Below, piece by piece: positions 28,783-37,916 of a DNA stretch of 64,000 nucleotides (its first letter is position 1; each line of letters starts with the position of its first letter). The notes beneath the pieces were generated by a model. It did not search any database and was not told where the DNA came from. It saw nothing but the letters and a program-made list of their open reading frames with translations. The position numbers were made by a program, and so were the translations under genes. Origin of the DNA: Lachnospiraceae bacterium (GTDB lineage: Bacteria > Bacillota > Clostridia > Lachnospirales > Lachnospiraceae); contig JALFHZ010000236.1 of the NCBI GenBank assembly GCA_022776445.1, forward strand, positions 11,266 to 75,265. Reading direction: 5' to 3'.

Positions 28783-30885
28783 TCAGATACCGGCAAAGTC
28801 CGCCACCCGGTTCAGGATGCCTGCGGCCTCCCCCATGGTAACGAGACGTTCCGGTTCAAAGCAGCCGTCGGGCTCCAGTTTCATAAATCCGAAATAGAGT
28901 GCCCGCGCCACGTTGGTGCCATAATTGTTGCTCACCTGATCAACATCTGCACAGACCGGCATGGTACTGGATGCATTGCGGTAATTCACGCCGCAGGCCT
29001 GCATCGCCACAGTTGCCATCTCCTGACGCGTCACGTAACCATTCGGCATGGAGCCTTTCTGTGCATCCTGCGCAAGGAAACCGCTGCCAACCGCAATGCG
29101 CATTGCTTCGTCATATCCCTGTGCTCCTCTTTCCGCTCCGAATCGCTTTCCAGCTGCCAGCGGCAGCAGCATTTTCGCCAGCTGTCCTCTGGTGATCGGT
29201 TCACTGTCGATAATGGTATCGTTCTCATCGAGCATCCCGCGACAAAGCAGTCGAAGACGATCGTATTTCCCGTCCATCAAAATTTCGTGCGTTTCCGTTT
29301 TGCAGCTGTATTTCTGCTCCGCAAGTACACGATAACTGCTGCTTGTCTCTGCATTGTCATGTTGATCCACAGCTGTCACACGTACATATGCGGCCTGTTT
29401 CGGAATCACCAGATGTTCGCCATGGCCCGCATCCGTCCACGCTTCACCGTCCACGGATGTTTCCCAGTTAAAATGACATGCATCATGACCTCCGCAATAC
29501 TCGGCAGATGCATGTATCTGTGCTCCCTCCATCGGTACGCCCAGAATCCGGACGCTGCACGGACGCGGGAAATTCTTTCCGTTAATCTCGATTGCTTCCA
29601 GCACCGGTTCTTTCCAGTTCATACTCCGCATCGGCTGTCTGACACCATCGATCCGGATATTGCGCAGGACCAGGCCGGTGATCGGTACCGCATCAAACGC
29701 CTCCAGGAAAATCCCATAGTCCCCTCCATGAGCCGTTATATTTTCGATGGTAATATTACGGAACACCGGCAGATCATTGCCATTGGGTCCGTCTTCGTAC
29801 ATCATGGTGCCATGCACCGCTGCGCCATGGACGTGATCCATCACACTGTCTGCCAGAATCACATCCTCTACCTTGCCGCCGCGTCGTGCATTGGTCTTCA
29901 GACGCAGCGCATAGGTCAGATTCGGACTGCTGAAACGATTATTCATCGCCAGCACCCTTCGAATTCCGCCGCTCATCTCACTGCCGAGCGCCACGCCGCC
30001 ATGTCCGTCTGCAAATTCATTGTGCTCAATCAGCACATCTTCACAGGGAACCCTGGCGATTCTTCCGTCCCGGTCCCTGCCTGATTTCAGACTGATACAG
30101 TCATCTCCCGTATCGAAACGGCAGTTTACAATATGCACGCCGCTGCAGCTTTCCGGATCACAGCCATCGTTGTTGGCACCGTGACTGGACATGGTAACAC
30201 GATCCACCGTCAGACTTTTGCACATCACAGGATTCAGCTGCCACATCGGACTGTTGTGCAGGGTAAAGCCCTGCAGCAGCACCCGCTCGCAGCGGATCGT
30301 CTGCACAAAATTCGGTCTCAGATAATGTCCCGGCCCGAACACACGCTGTTCCACCGGTACTCCGTCCAGGTTCATCTGGCGAAGCGCTTTGCGGTCCTCC
30401 AGCTGCAGATCCTGTTTATCTGCAGACCATGCGTTTTCCACCTGATGATGCCAGTTCCACCAGTGCTGTGCGTCGGCACCGCCGTCCAGCACGCCCTCTC
30501 CGGTCAGAGCAATGTCATGGGCATCACAGGCATAAATCAGAGGGCTGAAATTATAGCACGGAGTTGCTTCCCAATGTGAAAACACCGTTGGATAATGAAG
30601 CTCCGGATTTTCATTGACAAAAGCGAGAACCGTGTCTTTGCACTGGAGGTGCAGCTCCACTTTGCTTTTCAAGTGCAGTGCGCCGGTCCGGTAACGTCCG
30701 GCCGGAAGGATCAGCTTTCCGCCGCCCTGACTGCTCACCCGGTCAATCGCCTGCTGCAACCGCTCCGTCTGAACCGCATCGCTGTCCGGATTGATTCCGA
30801 ACTGCGCGGCATGATATTCCCGGGCCGGAATCATCGGTTTTTCGATTCGTTTCAGGATTGTTTCCTTCAGTTGTAATTTATCCAT
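28783..30885 (-). CDS. GH28 polygalacturonase with C-terminal SLH-like repeats
   Basis: NNDG, GDDC, GHGG, GSEMSGG and RLKT catalytic motifs; PITRGQLA, YVTRQEMA and F.P...VT..EA SLH-like repeats; no signal peptide. Confidence 0.88.
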   Translation of the reverse strand: MDKLQLKETILKRIEKPMIPAREYHAAQFGINPDSDAVQTERLQQAIDRVSSQGGGKLILPAGRYRTGALHLKSKVELHLQCKDTVLAFVNENPELHYPTVFSHWEATPCYNFSPLIYACDAHDIALTGEGVLDGGADAQHWWNWHHQVENAWSADKQDLQLEDRKALRQMNLDGVPVEQRVFGPGHYLRPNFVQTIRCERVLLQGFTLHNSPMWQLNPVMCKSLTVDRVTMSSHGANNDGCDPESCSGVHIVNCRFDTGDDCISLKSGRDRDGRIARVPCEDVLIEHNEFADGHGGVALGSEMSGGIRRVLAMNNRFSSPNLTYALRLKTNARRGGKVEDVILADSVMDHVHGAAVHGTMMYEDGPNGNDLPVFRNITIENITAHGGDYGIFLEAFDAVPITGLVLRNIRIDGVRQPMRSMNWKEPVLEAIEINGKNFPRPCSVRILGVPMEGAQIHASAEYCGGHDACHFNWETSVDGEAWTDAGHGEHLVIPKQAAYVRVTAVDQHDNAETSSSYRVLAEQKYSCKTETHEILMDGKYDRLRLLCRGMLDENDTIIDSEPITRGQLAKMLLPLAAGKRFGAERGAQGYDEAMRIAVGSGFLAQDAQKGSMPNGYVTRQEMATVAMQACGVNYRNASSTMPVCADVDQVSNNYGTNVARALYFGFMKLEPDGCFEPERLVTMGEAAGILNRVADFAGI

Positions 30886-30915
30886 GAGCAATCTCCCGAT
30901 TTTTACATATTAATC

Positions 30916-32019
30916 TCATTCATTCTTCCATTTAATCAGCCTTTTGAGATGTTCTCCCAGTTTTTCTCCATGCCACTGATGCGGTCCTTCACAGATCTCA
31001 TGCAGCAGAAGCTCCGGTGCTCCCATCAGCTGATAGGCTTTCTGTATGATCTTCACCTGCTCCACGGCATTCACAATTCCGCGCGGTCCGTTCAGACGGT
31101 CTTCCCGGCAGGATTGCACCAGCAGCGGCCGCGGCGCAATCAGACTTGCAATATCACCCATATCCAGATGTTCCCACAAATGGGGAACATAGTTGCAGGA
31201 ACAATTGTTGCTGAGCGTCAGAAGTGCATCCCGATATCCGTAGAGATATCCACTGATCACAGACAGCCTCACTCGTTCATCCAGTGCAGAAAGCATCAGT
31301 GTCTGCATGCCGCCGCCGGAAAATCCCAGACAGCTGATGGCATTACAGTCCCACTCGCCGCGTTCAAACAGATAATCAACAGCCCGCATCAGATCCCAGG
31401 TCAGCATTCCTGCCACCGGAATTCCAAGAGGCTCTCCCATATGAGCCAGACGGTAACAGTCCCCGCTCAGTGCCTTTGCCGGATCCTGCGTATCCGCAAG
31501 ATCTTCTCTCCGCTCTCCAAAACCGCGGCAGTCCGGACAGACCGCCACAAAACCGAGTTTCGCCAGCTGTAATCCATAATCATACTGATAATGGATAATC
31601 TTATCTTCCACTGCCGTATATTCCCGCAGACCGGCAACCGTATATTTCCCCGCTCCGTTATGCCCGGGCGGGCACAAAAACGGCCGGGTATCAGCTCCTG
31701 CTCCCACCGGAATCAGCAGATACATAGGCATCCATACCTCCGGTTCCACCTGAATGTTCAGATGTTCTCTCCGGATTCCTCCCGGCAGCAGAACCACATC
31801 ATCGATCATCGGATGGAGCGGGCAGTTTTCCATTTTATCCAGCCCCAGAAGCTCATGGAGAAGCCTGCGCATCGCCTTCTGCCACTGTACAAAATCTTCC
31901 CGAGTCTCTCCCGCAAAAAAGTCCCTGCGGGCATACCGGTCAAACTTACGCAGCATGGACGGAAGTGTTCCATAGCAGGCTGTAATCTCAGGCAGTTCTT
32001 TCTTATTATCAATCATCAT
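30916..32019 (-). CDS. Alpha/beta-hydrolase esterase (dienelactone hydrolase/abhydrolase_7-like)
   Basis: PPGH, PD..GFGER, D..RAVDYL, GFSGGG nucleophile elbow and LIAPRPL. Confidence 0.85.
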   Translation of the reverse strand: MMIDNKKELPEITACYGTLPSMLRKFDRYARRDFFAGETREDFVQWQKAMRRLLHELLGLDKMENCPLHPMIDDVVLLPGGIRREHLNIQVEPEVWMPMYLLIPVGAGADTRPFLCPPGHNGAGKYTVAGLREYTAVEDKIIHYQYDYGLQLAKLGFVAVCPDCRGFGERREDLADTQDPAKALSGDCYRLAHMGEPLGIPVAGMLTWDLMRAVDYLFERGEWDCNAISCLGFSGGGMQTLMLSALDERVRLSVISGYLYGYRDALLTLSNNCSCNYVPHLWEHLDMGDIASLIAPRPLLVQSCREDRLNGPRGIVNAVEQVKIIQKAYQLMGAPELLLHEICEGPHQWHGEKLGEHLKRLIKWKNE

Positions 32020-33538
32020 TTACTTCACTCTGTCCGGCAGCTGCCGCAGCAGACGCTGCACGTTTCTGTTTCAGATGATCTGAAAGGAATGGCCATACCA
32101 CACAGAATACAGAGACCAGAAGCAGTGCCGCAGACAGCGGACGGGTAAAGAACTCCGCATAACTGCCGTGTGCATAGCTGATACCCTGGCGGAAGTAACG
32201 CTCCAGCTTACTGGACAGAATAAATGCCAGTACCAGTGGAGAAGTCGGGAGTCCTGCCATACTCATAAAGATTGCCAGCAGACACAGAGCTACCATCACA
32301 TAAATGTTGAACATGGTATTGGAAATGCCATATCCACCGATGTAGCAGATTACCAGAATCACTGTGTACAGATAATGATACGGAACCTTCAGAATATATG
32401 GGAACCAGCGTTTGGTAATAATCTGAACGATGTAGGTTACAATTGCGGATACCATGACACAGGCAAAAATCAGCATTGCCAGATCCGGCTGCTCGGTCAT
32501 AAACAGAGGCCCCGCCTGCAGACCATGAATGGTCAGACCTGCAATCAGCATTGCAGTGATACCGTCACCAGGAATGCCCAACGCCATCATCGGAATCAGC
32601 GCACCGCCCAGGGAAGCGTTGTTTGCTGTCTCAGAAGCCCATACACCGGCAGGATTGCCTTTGCCGAAGGACTCCGGGTTTTTGCTGATGCTCTTGGCAT
32701 AACCATACGCTACCATGTTGGAAATACCGGAACCCATGCCCGGCAGAAAACCGATCCAGAGACCTGCTGCAAATGCAAACGCAATTGTCCTGATGTTTTC
32801 AAAAATATCCTTAAAACTAACGCCAAGGCCTTTCATGTTCACGACATCTGCTTCCGGCATCTTTGCTTCGCCGCGCGCAGAATCACGGATGATCTGGCAC
32901 ATTGCGAACATACCCAGCATCTGTGCTACGGTACTGATGCCAGAGGTCAGATAAACATTGCCGAACGTAAAACGAACCGCACCGTTGATGGGATCCATAC
33001 CGATGCATCCCATCAGCAGACCGATGCCGGCAGCCATAATTCCTTTGAAAATATTGCCTTTTGACAAGGAAGCAATCAGAGTAATTGCACAGAAGCACAG
33101 CGAGAAATACTCCCACGGTCCCAGATGCAGTGCAAATTCTGCAATCACCGGAGACAAAACCGTTGCCAGTGCAACGGAACCAACGGTACCAATAAAGGAT
33201 GCGGTCATACCGATGCCCAGCGCCTTACCCGCCTGACCGTTCTTGGTCATCGGGAAACCATCGAAGCAGGTTGCGATCGCGGAAGAAGAACCAGGGATAC
33301 CAATCAGTACCGCGGAAATAAAGGTTCCGGATACGCCGCCGATCCAGATTGCAAGCAGCAGTACGAAAGAGGTCTCCGTGGAAAGACCAAAGGTAACCGG
33401 CAGCAGCAGAGCAATACCAAGAGTTGCGGAAAGTCCCGGAATCGCACCAAATACGATGCCAAGGGATACCATTGCAACGATCAAAAGCAGATTGATCGGC
33501 TGCAGACAGATCATCAACGCATTTATATATTCAGCCAT
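32009..33538 (-). CDS. tctA: TTT permease TctA
   Basis: GAIPGL, GIPGS..AIATCFDGFPM, GFLPGMGSG and ETANNA...IP..ALGIPGD. Confidence 0.95.
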   Translation of the reverse strand: MAEYINALMICLQPINLLLIVAMVSLGIVFGAIPGLSATLGIALLLPVTFGLSTETSFVLLLAIWIGGVSGTFISAVLIGIPGSSSAIATCFDGFPMTKNGQAGKALGIGMTASFIGTVGSVALATVLSPVIAEFALHLGPWEYFSLCFCAITLIASLSKGNIFKGIMAAGIGLLMGCIGMDPINGAVRFTFGNVYLTSGISTVAQMLGMFAMCQIIRDSARGEAKMPEADVVNMKGLGVSFKDIFENIRTIAFAFAAGLWIGFLPGMGSGISNMVAYGYAKSISKNPESFGKGNPAGVWASETANNASLGGALIPMMALGIPGDGITAMLIAGLTIHGLQAGPLFMTEQPDLAMLIFACVMVSAIVTYIVQIITKRWFPYILKVPYHYLYTVILVICYIGGYGISNTMFNIYVMVALCLLAIFMSMAGLPTSPLVLAFILSSKLERYFRQGISYAHGSYAEFFTRPLSAALLLVSVFCVVWPFLSDHLKQKRAASAAAAAGQSEVNDD

Positions 33539-33553
33539 GGTTCTTGCCCCTCC

Positions 33554-34021
33554 TTATTCAAACAATGCGCCTGCCGGCAGCTTCACCTGGAAGCCATAGA
33601 CAAACATCGCATAAAGACCTGCGGTTACCAGAATGGAAATAATGATTGTCGGAACCGTTTTTACCTCACTGTTGCCCTTCAGATCATGAATGAATGCATA
33701 GGTAGCAAACGGAGTCGTAATCAGAAATCCCAGATAAGTCATTGCAATTGCATAGATAATCAGCATCAGATAGCTCTTCGTAATCTTCCGTGCACCGCCC
33801 TTCGGGAAGTATGGTTTCTCCTCTTTTGCACGATCCATGTAACCCTTAATGATCAGCGCAATGGAGCTCATTGCAATCAGTGTAATCGCGACATACGGAA
33901 GCAGACGCGGACCAGGTTCCAGAAGTTTGGCCGGCTGCTTAACCGACTGGGTCATGAACAGAAAGAATGCGCAGCCAATGAGACCCACAATTCCGGTGAC
34001 GGTATCTCTTCGCAGTTTCAT
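33554..34021 (-). CDS. tctB: TTT small subunit TctB
   Basis: EPGPRLLP and FQVKLPAG motifs; start MKLRRD. Confidence 0.88.
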   Translation of the reverse strand: MKLRRDTVTGIVGLIGCAFFLFMTQSVKQPAKLLEPGPRLLPYVAITLIAMSSIALIIKGYMDRAKEEKPYFPKGGARKITKSYLMLIIYAIAMTYLGFLITTPFATYAFIHDLKGNSEVKTVPTIIISILVTAGLYAMFVYGFQVKLPAGALFE

Positions 34022-34133
34022 AAGTAATCCCCTTTCTTTTAAAATGTCCCGGGATTTTTTCTCCCGGGACACGCGATTTTCTTTTTCCTGTAACCGTTTC
34101 GGACGGATACGTATACAAACACAGCTTCAGAAA

Positions 34134-35228
34134 TTACTCCTGAACAAACATATCCAGATTTTTAGCAATCTCTACATCCTGTGCAAACTCTTCTTCCTGA
34201 AGCTTTCTGGATTCTTCCAGATCATGCCAGCCAGGAATGTTGCCGATGCTTGCAATACCGGCATTCACAGTCTCATCCTCAACAACAGCCTTCATTGCTG
34301 CATTCATGTTCTTTACCATGGTTTCATCCATGCCAGCCGGTCCCAGCAGATAGTGGAATACAGACATGGTACAGTTGTCAAAGCCCTGCTCCTGAAGAGT
34401 CTTGTAGTTATCCGGCAGTTCTTCCGGATATTCGGAAATGGTGGTTCCGTCAGAAGATACGGTACCGATTACTTTCAGTTTTCCGGCCTTCTCATACTCC
34501 AGCGCATTGCCGACACCTACAACACCGATATCAATGAAACCGCCGGCCAGGTTAGTCAGACGGTCAGACTCCGATGCACACTCCACAGAGTTCAGCTCAA
34601 TGCCGGTTGCCGCTGTCAGCTTGCCAAAGAGGAAGGTATTTGCACCCGCTGCCGGCATACCTGCATTCAGTTCGCCCGGATGTGCCTTTGCATATTCTAC
34701 AAAGCCTGCAAAGTCATCATATGGCGCATCAGCCGGTACTGCCAGAGTGGAAAATCCGTTATCCTGCAGACATGCAATCACAGTGAAATCCTTCAGCGGA
34801 TTTACTTCTGCGTTGCCGGTAATATACTGAATATTTAAAGCAGAGGTAGCAACTGTCAATGTCGTACCATCCGGTTTTGCGCTTGCCACGGTCTGGTGTC
34901 CTACGGTATTGCTGTCGTAGTTGGTTACGGTAGTCTTCAAGCCATAGATACGGTTCAGACCTTCGCTGTAGTAACGGATACCCAGATCGGAACCGCCGCC
35001 TGCCTTACCCGGAACTACCAGAGTAATGGTCTCACCTTTCGGAAATCCAATATCATCGGCTGCTGCTTCCGCTGCTGCGGTTGTCTCACCTGCGGCTGCC
35101 TCTGCCTTGGTCTCTGCCTGAGCTGCTGTTGTAGCCGCGGTCTCAGTCTTGCTTCCGCACGCAGTCATGCCCATGACAGCAACAGCTGCAACACCGGATA
35201 ATAAGATACGATAAATACTTTTTCTCAT
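34134..35228 (-). CDS. tctC: TTT substrate-binding lipoprotein TctC
   Basis: Lipobox MTAC, VVPGKAGGGSD, KPDGTTL; most similar in this window to the TctC at 1602-2705. Confidence 0.92.
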   Translation of the reverse strand: MRKSIYRILLSGVAAVAVMGMTACGSKTETAATTAAQAETKAEAAAGETTAAAEAAADDIGFPKGETITLVVPGKAGGGSDLGIRYYSEGLNRIYGLKTTVTNYDSNTVGHQTVASAKPDGTTLTVATSALNIQYITGNAEVNPLKDFTVIACLQDNGFSTLAVPADAPYDDFAGFVEYAKAHPGELNAGMPAAGANTFLFGKLTAATGIELNSVECASESDRLTNLAGGFIDIGVVGVGNALEYEKAGKLKVIGTVSSDGTTISEYPEELPDNYKTLQEQGFDNCTMSVFHYLLGPAGMDETMVKNMNAAMKAVVEDETVNAGIASIGNIPGWHDLEESRKLQEEEFAQDVEIAKNLDMFVQE

Positions 35229-35541
35229 AACGCTTCTCTCCTTTTATTATTGTCCGTGCAGAGTGCCCTCTGCCTTATTATTAAGAACCGGTTCTCAACA
35301 CTCTTAACGAAAAAGCTGAAACTCTCAAATGGTTTTTGTATATTCTGTCTTTATTTCAACCCCTCTTGTGTTTACAAATTGATTATAGCGAATTCACCGG
35401 AATTTTACAAAATCCAATTGTTTATATCTTTCATATCATTTTAGTTATAGTTGTTGACTTCTGTACCGGAGTTTGATAAAACACCATTAGAAAGATATCT
35501 GACTGATACCGTCTGATCTTACAAGAAAGGAGTCCGCTATC

Positions 35542-37470
35542 ATGAATACACGTCAGCTTTATTATCTTGTCACAATTTCCGATTCCGGCAGCCTTTCCCG
35601 TGCTGCCCAGATACTCGGGATCTCACAGCCGGCATTGAGTAAATTTCTGGCAGAATACGAGGATGATCTGGGATTTCTGATTTTTCTCCGCTACCACAGG
35701 CAGCTGACGCCTACCGCAGTCGGCCGCTATGTAATCCAGTGCGCGCAGCGGATTCTGGACGAACAGACACGCATGCTGCAGACACTGCGTGCTGCCACGG
35801 ACAGCAACCACGCCCGCATCCGGCTTGCAACAGCGCCGAACCGCGGCGCCATCATTTACAGTCGGATTTATAAACAGTTCTCTCACCGATATCCGGATAT
35901 CTCTCTGACTCTGACTGAACTGTATGCTTCCGACCAGCCGGGAGCGATTCAGCACGGGCAGATCGATCTTGCCATCGGTTCCGGAAACATTTCCGACAAG
36001 GTCACTGATATACCGATCGCCTATGAAGAACTTCTGGTTTCCCTTCCGGTCTCACATCCGCTGGCACTTGCAGACCGGATCCGGCTTTCCGATCTGCGGG
36101 ATACCCCGTTCGTACTGCAGGGACCGCGCCACAGCATCCGGATTCTGGCAGAGGAACTGTTTGAAGAAGCCGGTTTCAATCCGGTTGTCACGTTCGAATC
36201 CAACGATGTTCTTCTGGTAGATTCCATGATGCATCAGGCTGTTGGCGTCGGTCTGGTTTCGCAGGCTCATGTATTTCCCTGCGATGAACTTGTTTATCGT
36301 TCCCTGGATCCACCAATCCACCAGACACTGCATCTGCGCTATCCGCTTGGGCACACACTGACAGAGCCGGAACGTTATCTGGCAGGACTCCTGGCCCGTG
36401 AACGGCTGACGGACCCGCGTTATCAGGCAATCAATTCACCAGAGGTAGAAGAGCTGCTGCGCATTGTGGATCAGGATCAGAACGGTATTTCTGACACAAC
36501 TGTTTCGGAACATGTCACCGTCGGTGCTGCTTCTGCACGTTACAAAGCGCCGGAACTCAACCTGAACTCTCAGCTCCTCAAATATATCATCGCCATCGTG
36601 GATGAAAAGAGCCTGACCAAAGCAGCGGAGAAATTCTACCTGACGCAGCCGGCACTCTCCCGCCATCTACGCAATGCGGAGGAAATGCTCTGCGCGCATC
36701 TGTTTACACGGGTACACAACCGTCTGCAGCCCACCAATGCCGGAAAAATTTTTGTCAATTTCGCAAGAAATATGCTGCAGATCGAGACAGAAATGAGCGA
36801 ACAGCTTCACGATTACCGCATCGGTCACGGCGGCGGTATTTATCTCCAATGTGATCCGGCCCTGACACCGCGTATTCAGGAATGTGCAGCAAAGGAATTT
36901 CACCGTCTGCACCCGGATATCAACCTTTCTCTTGCAGAAGGCACACAGGAGGAAGCGCAGGAAGCTCTGCTCAATGCTTCCGCTGATTATGGCCTTTACT
37001 TTTCCTGCGAAAAGGAACACCCTATCCTTTCCAGCCGGATTCTGGCAGAAAGCGAGCTGGTATACTGTTTTTCATCGAAACCACCGGCCGACCGACCGGC
37101 AGATTCCGAACCGGTCGGCCCCATGGCTCCGCGCCCGGTTATGCTGGCACCGGTTAACAGCGCCCTTCGTGTGGAGCAGGACCGACTTCTGTCCGAAATC
37201 TTTGACTCACCGCCTCCGATCGTCTGTGAAGCACAGATCCATATTCTGCAGCTTTTAGCTGCCAAGGGCGCTGCAGACACCATCCTGCCCGTCCATGATC
37301 TGCCACAGGAAGCATTGCCGCGATGCAGATCCTTTTTCCAGCCTCAGCGTTGGTTTCTTCTGCTGGCAAACCACCCCGGCCGCAATCTTCCGCCATCCGT
37401 CAGGGATCTTGTACGTCTGCTGGACAGCACATTTGAGGCATTTTTTTCTGCAGCTGTTCAGGAGAATTAA
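35542..37470 (+). CDS. Tandem double LysR fusion protein (two HTH plus two effector domains)
   Basis: 642 aa with HTH1 GSLSRAAQILGISQPALSKFL and HTH2 KSLTKAAEKFYLTQPALSRHL, in one reading frame with no internal stop. Confidence 0.92.
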   Translation: MNTRQLYYLVTISDSGSLSRAAQILGISQPALSKFLAEYEDDLGFLIFLRYHRQLTPTAVGRYVIQCAQRILDEQTRMLQTLRAATDSNHARIRLATAPNRGAIIYSRIYKQFSHRYPDISLTLTELYASDQPGAIQHGQIDLAIGSGNISDKVTDIPIAYEELLVSLPVSHPLALADRIRLSDLRDTPFVLQGPRHSIRILAEELFEEAGFNPVVTFESNDVLLVDSMMHQAVGVGLVSQAHVFPCDELVYRSLDPPIHQTLHLRYPLGHTLTEPERYLAGLLARERLTDPRYQAINSPEVEELLRIVDQDQNGISDTTVSEHVTVGAASARYKAPELNLNSQLLKYIIAIVDEKSLTKAAEKFYLTQPALSRHLRNAEEMLCAHLFTRVHNRLQPTNAGKIFVNFARNMLQIETEMSEQLHDYRIGHGGGIYLQCDPALTPRIQECAAKEFHRLHPDINLSLAEGTQEEAQEALLNASADYGLYFSCEKEHPILSSRILAESELVYCFSSKPPADRPADSEPVGPMAPRPVMLAPVNSALRVEQDRLLSEIFDSPPPIVCEAQIHILQLLAAKGAADTILPVHDLPQEALPRCRSFFQPQRWFLLLANHPGRNLPPSVRDLVRLLDSTFEAFFSAAVQEN

Positions 37471-37479
37471 ATAACAAAA

Positions 37480-37525
37480 GTGCCATACCGACCGGAATCC
37501 ATCTCCCATTCGATCGGTATGGCAC
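37480..37525. terminator. Terminator between the convergent LysR fusion and rpn genes
   Basis: GTGCCATACCGA/TCGGTATGGCAC 12-bp inverted repeat. Confidence 0.75.
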
Positions 37526-37529
37526 GCAA

Positions 37530-37916
37530 TCATGCTTTTCTTTCGCTTAATAATGCTTTCAATCTGGTGATTTCCTGAAGGGCAGCCTTCCGCTCTTCCT
37601 CGGCTCGCTGCTTCTCTTCCTCGGCCCGCTGCTTCTCTTCCTCGGCCCGCTGCTTCTCTTCCTCGGCCCGCTGCTTCTCTTCTTGGATCCGCTGCTTCTC
37701 TTCCTCGTTCCGCTGCTTCTCTTCCTCGATCCGCTGCTTCTCTTCCTCGATCCGCTGCTTCTCTTCCTCGATCCGCTGCTTCTCTTCCTCGACACGACGA
37801 AGTTCTTCCTGCTGCCTTTTTTCCTCTTCCTTCATCCGCTCGAGTTCTTCCTGCTGAACTTCAATCATATATTGCACCGTATTTGCATCCAGAATACTCA
37901 ACTCTTTCGAAAACAT
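37530..37916 (-). CDS. Putative internally initiated small Rpn C-terminal protein (128 aa)
   Basis: In-frame ATG (MFSKEL...) preceded by AAGGAG at 9 nt spacing inside rpn. Confidence 0.55.
   Translation of the reverse strand: MFSKELSILDANTVQYMIEVQQEELERMKEEEKRQQEELRRVEEEKQRIEEEKQRIEEEKQRIEEEKQRNEEEKQRIQEEKQRAEEEKQRAEEEKQRAEEEKQRAEEERKAALQEITRLKALLSERKA

Noticed and set aside
27006-28841. 611-aa plus-strand ORF (and similar long ORFs at 136-975, 11398-12588, 18735-20006, 28780-30084)
   Set aside because: Antisense shadows of well-supported minus-strand genes; no motifs or RBS.
37591-37793. CRISPR-like repeat array
   Set aside because: Units are contiguous 21-mers with no unique spacers, lie in frame within rpn, and no cas genes are present.
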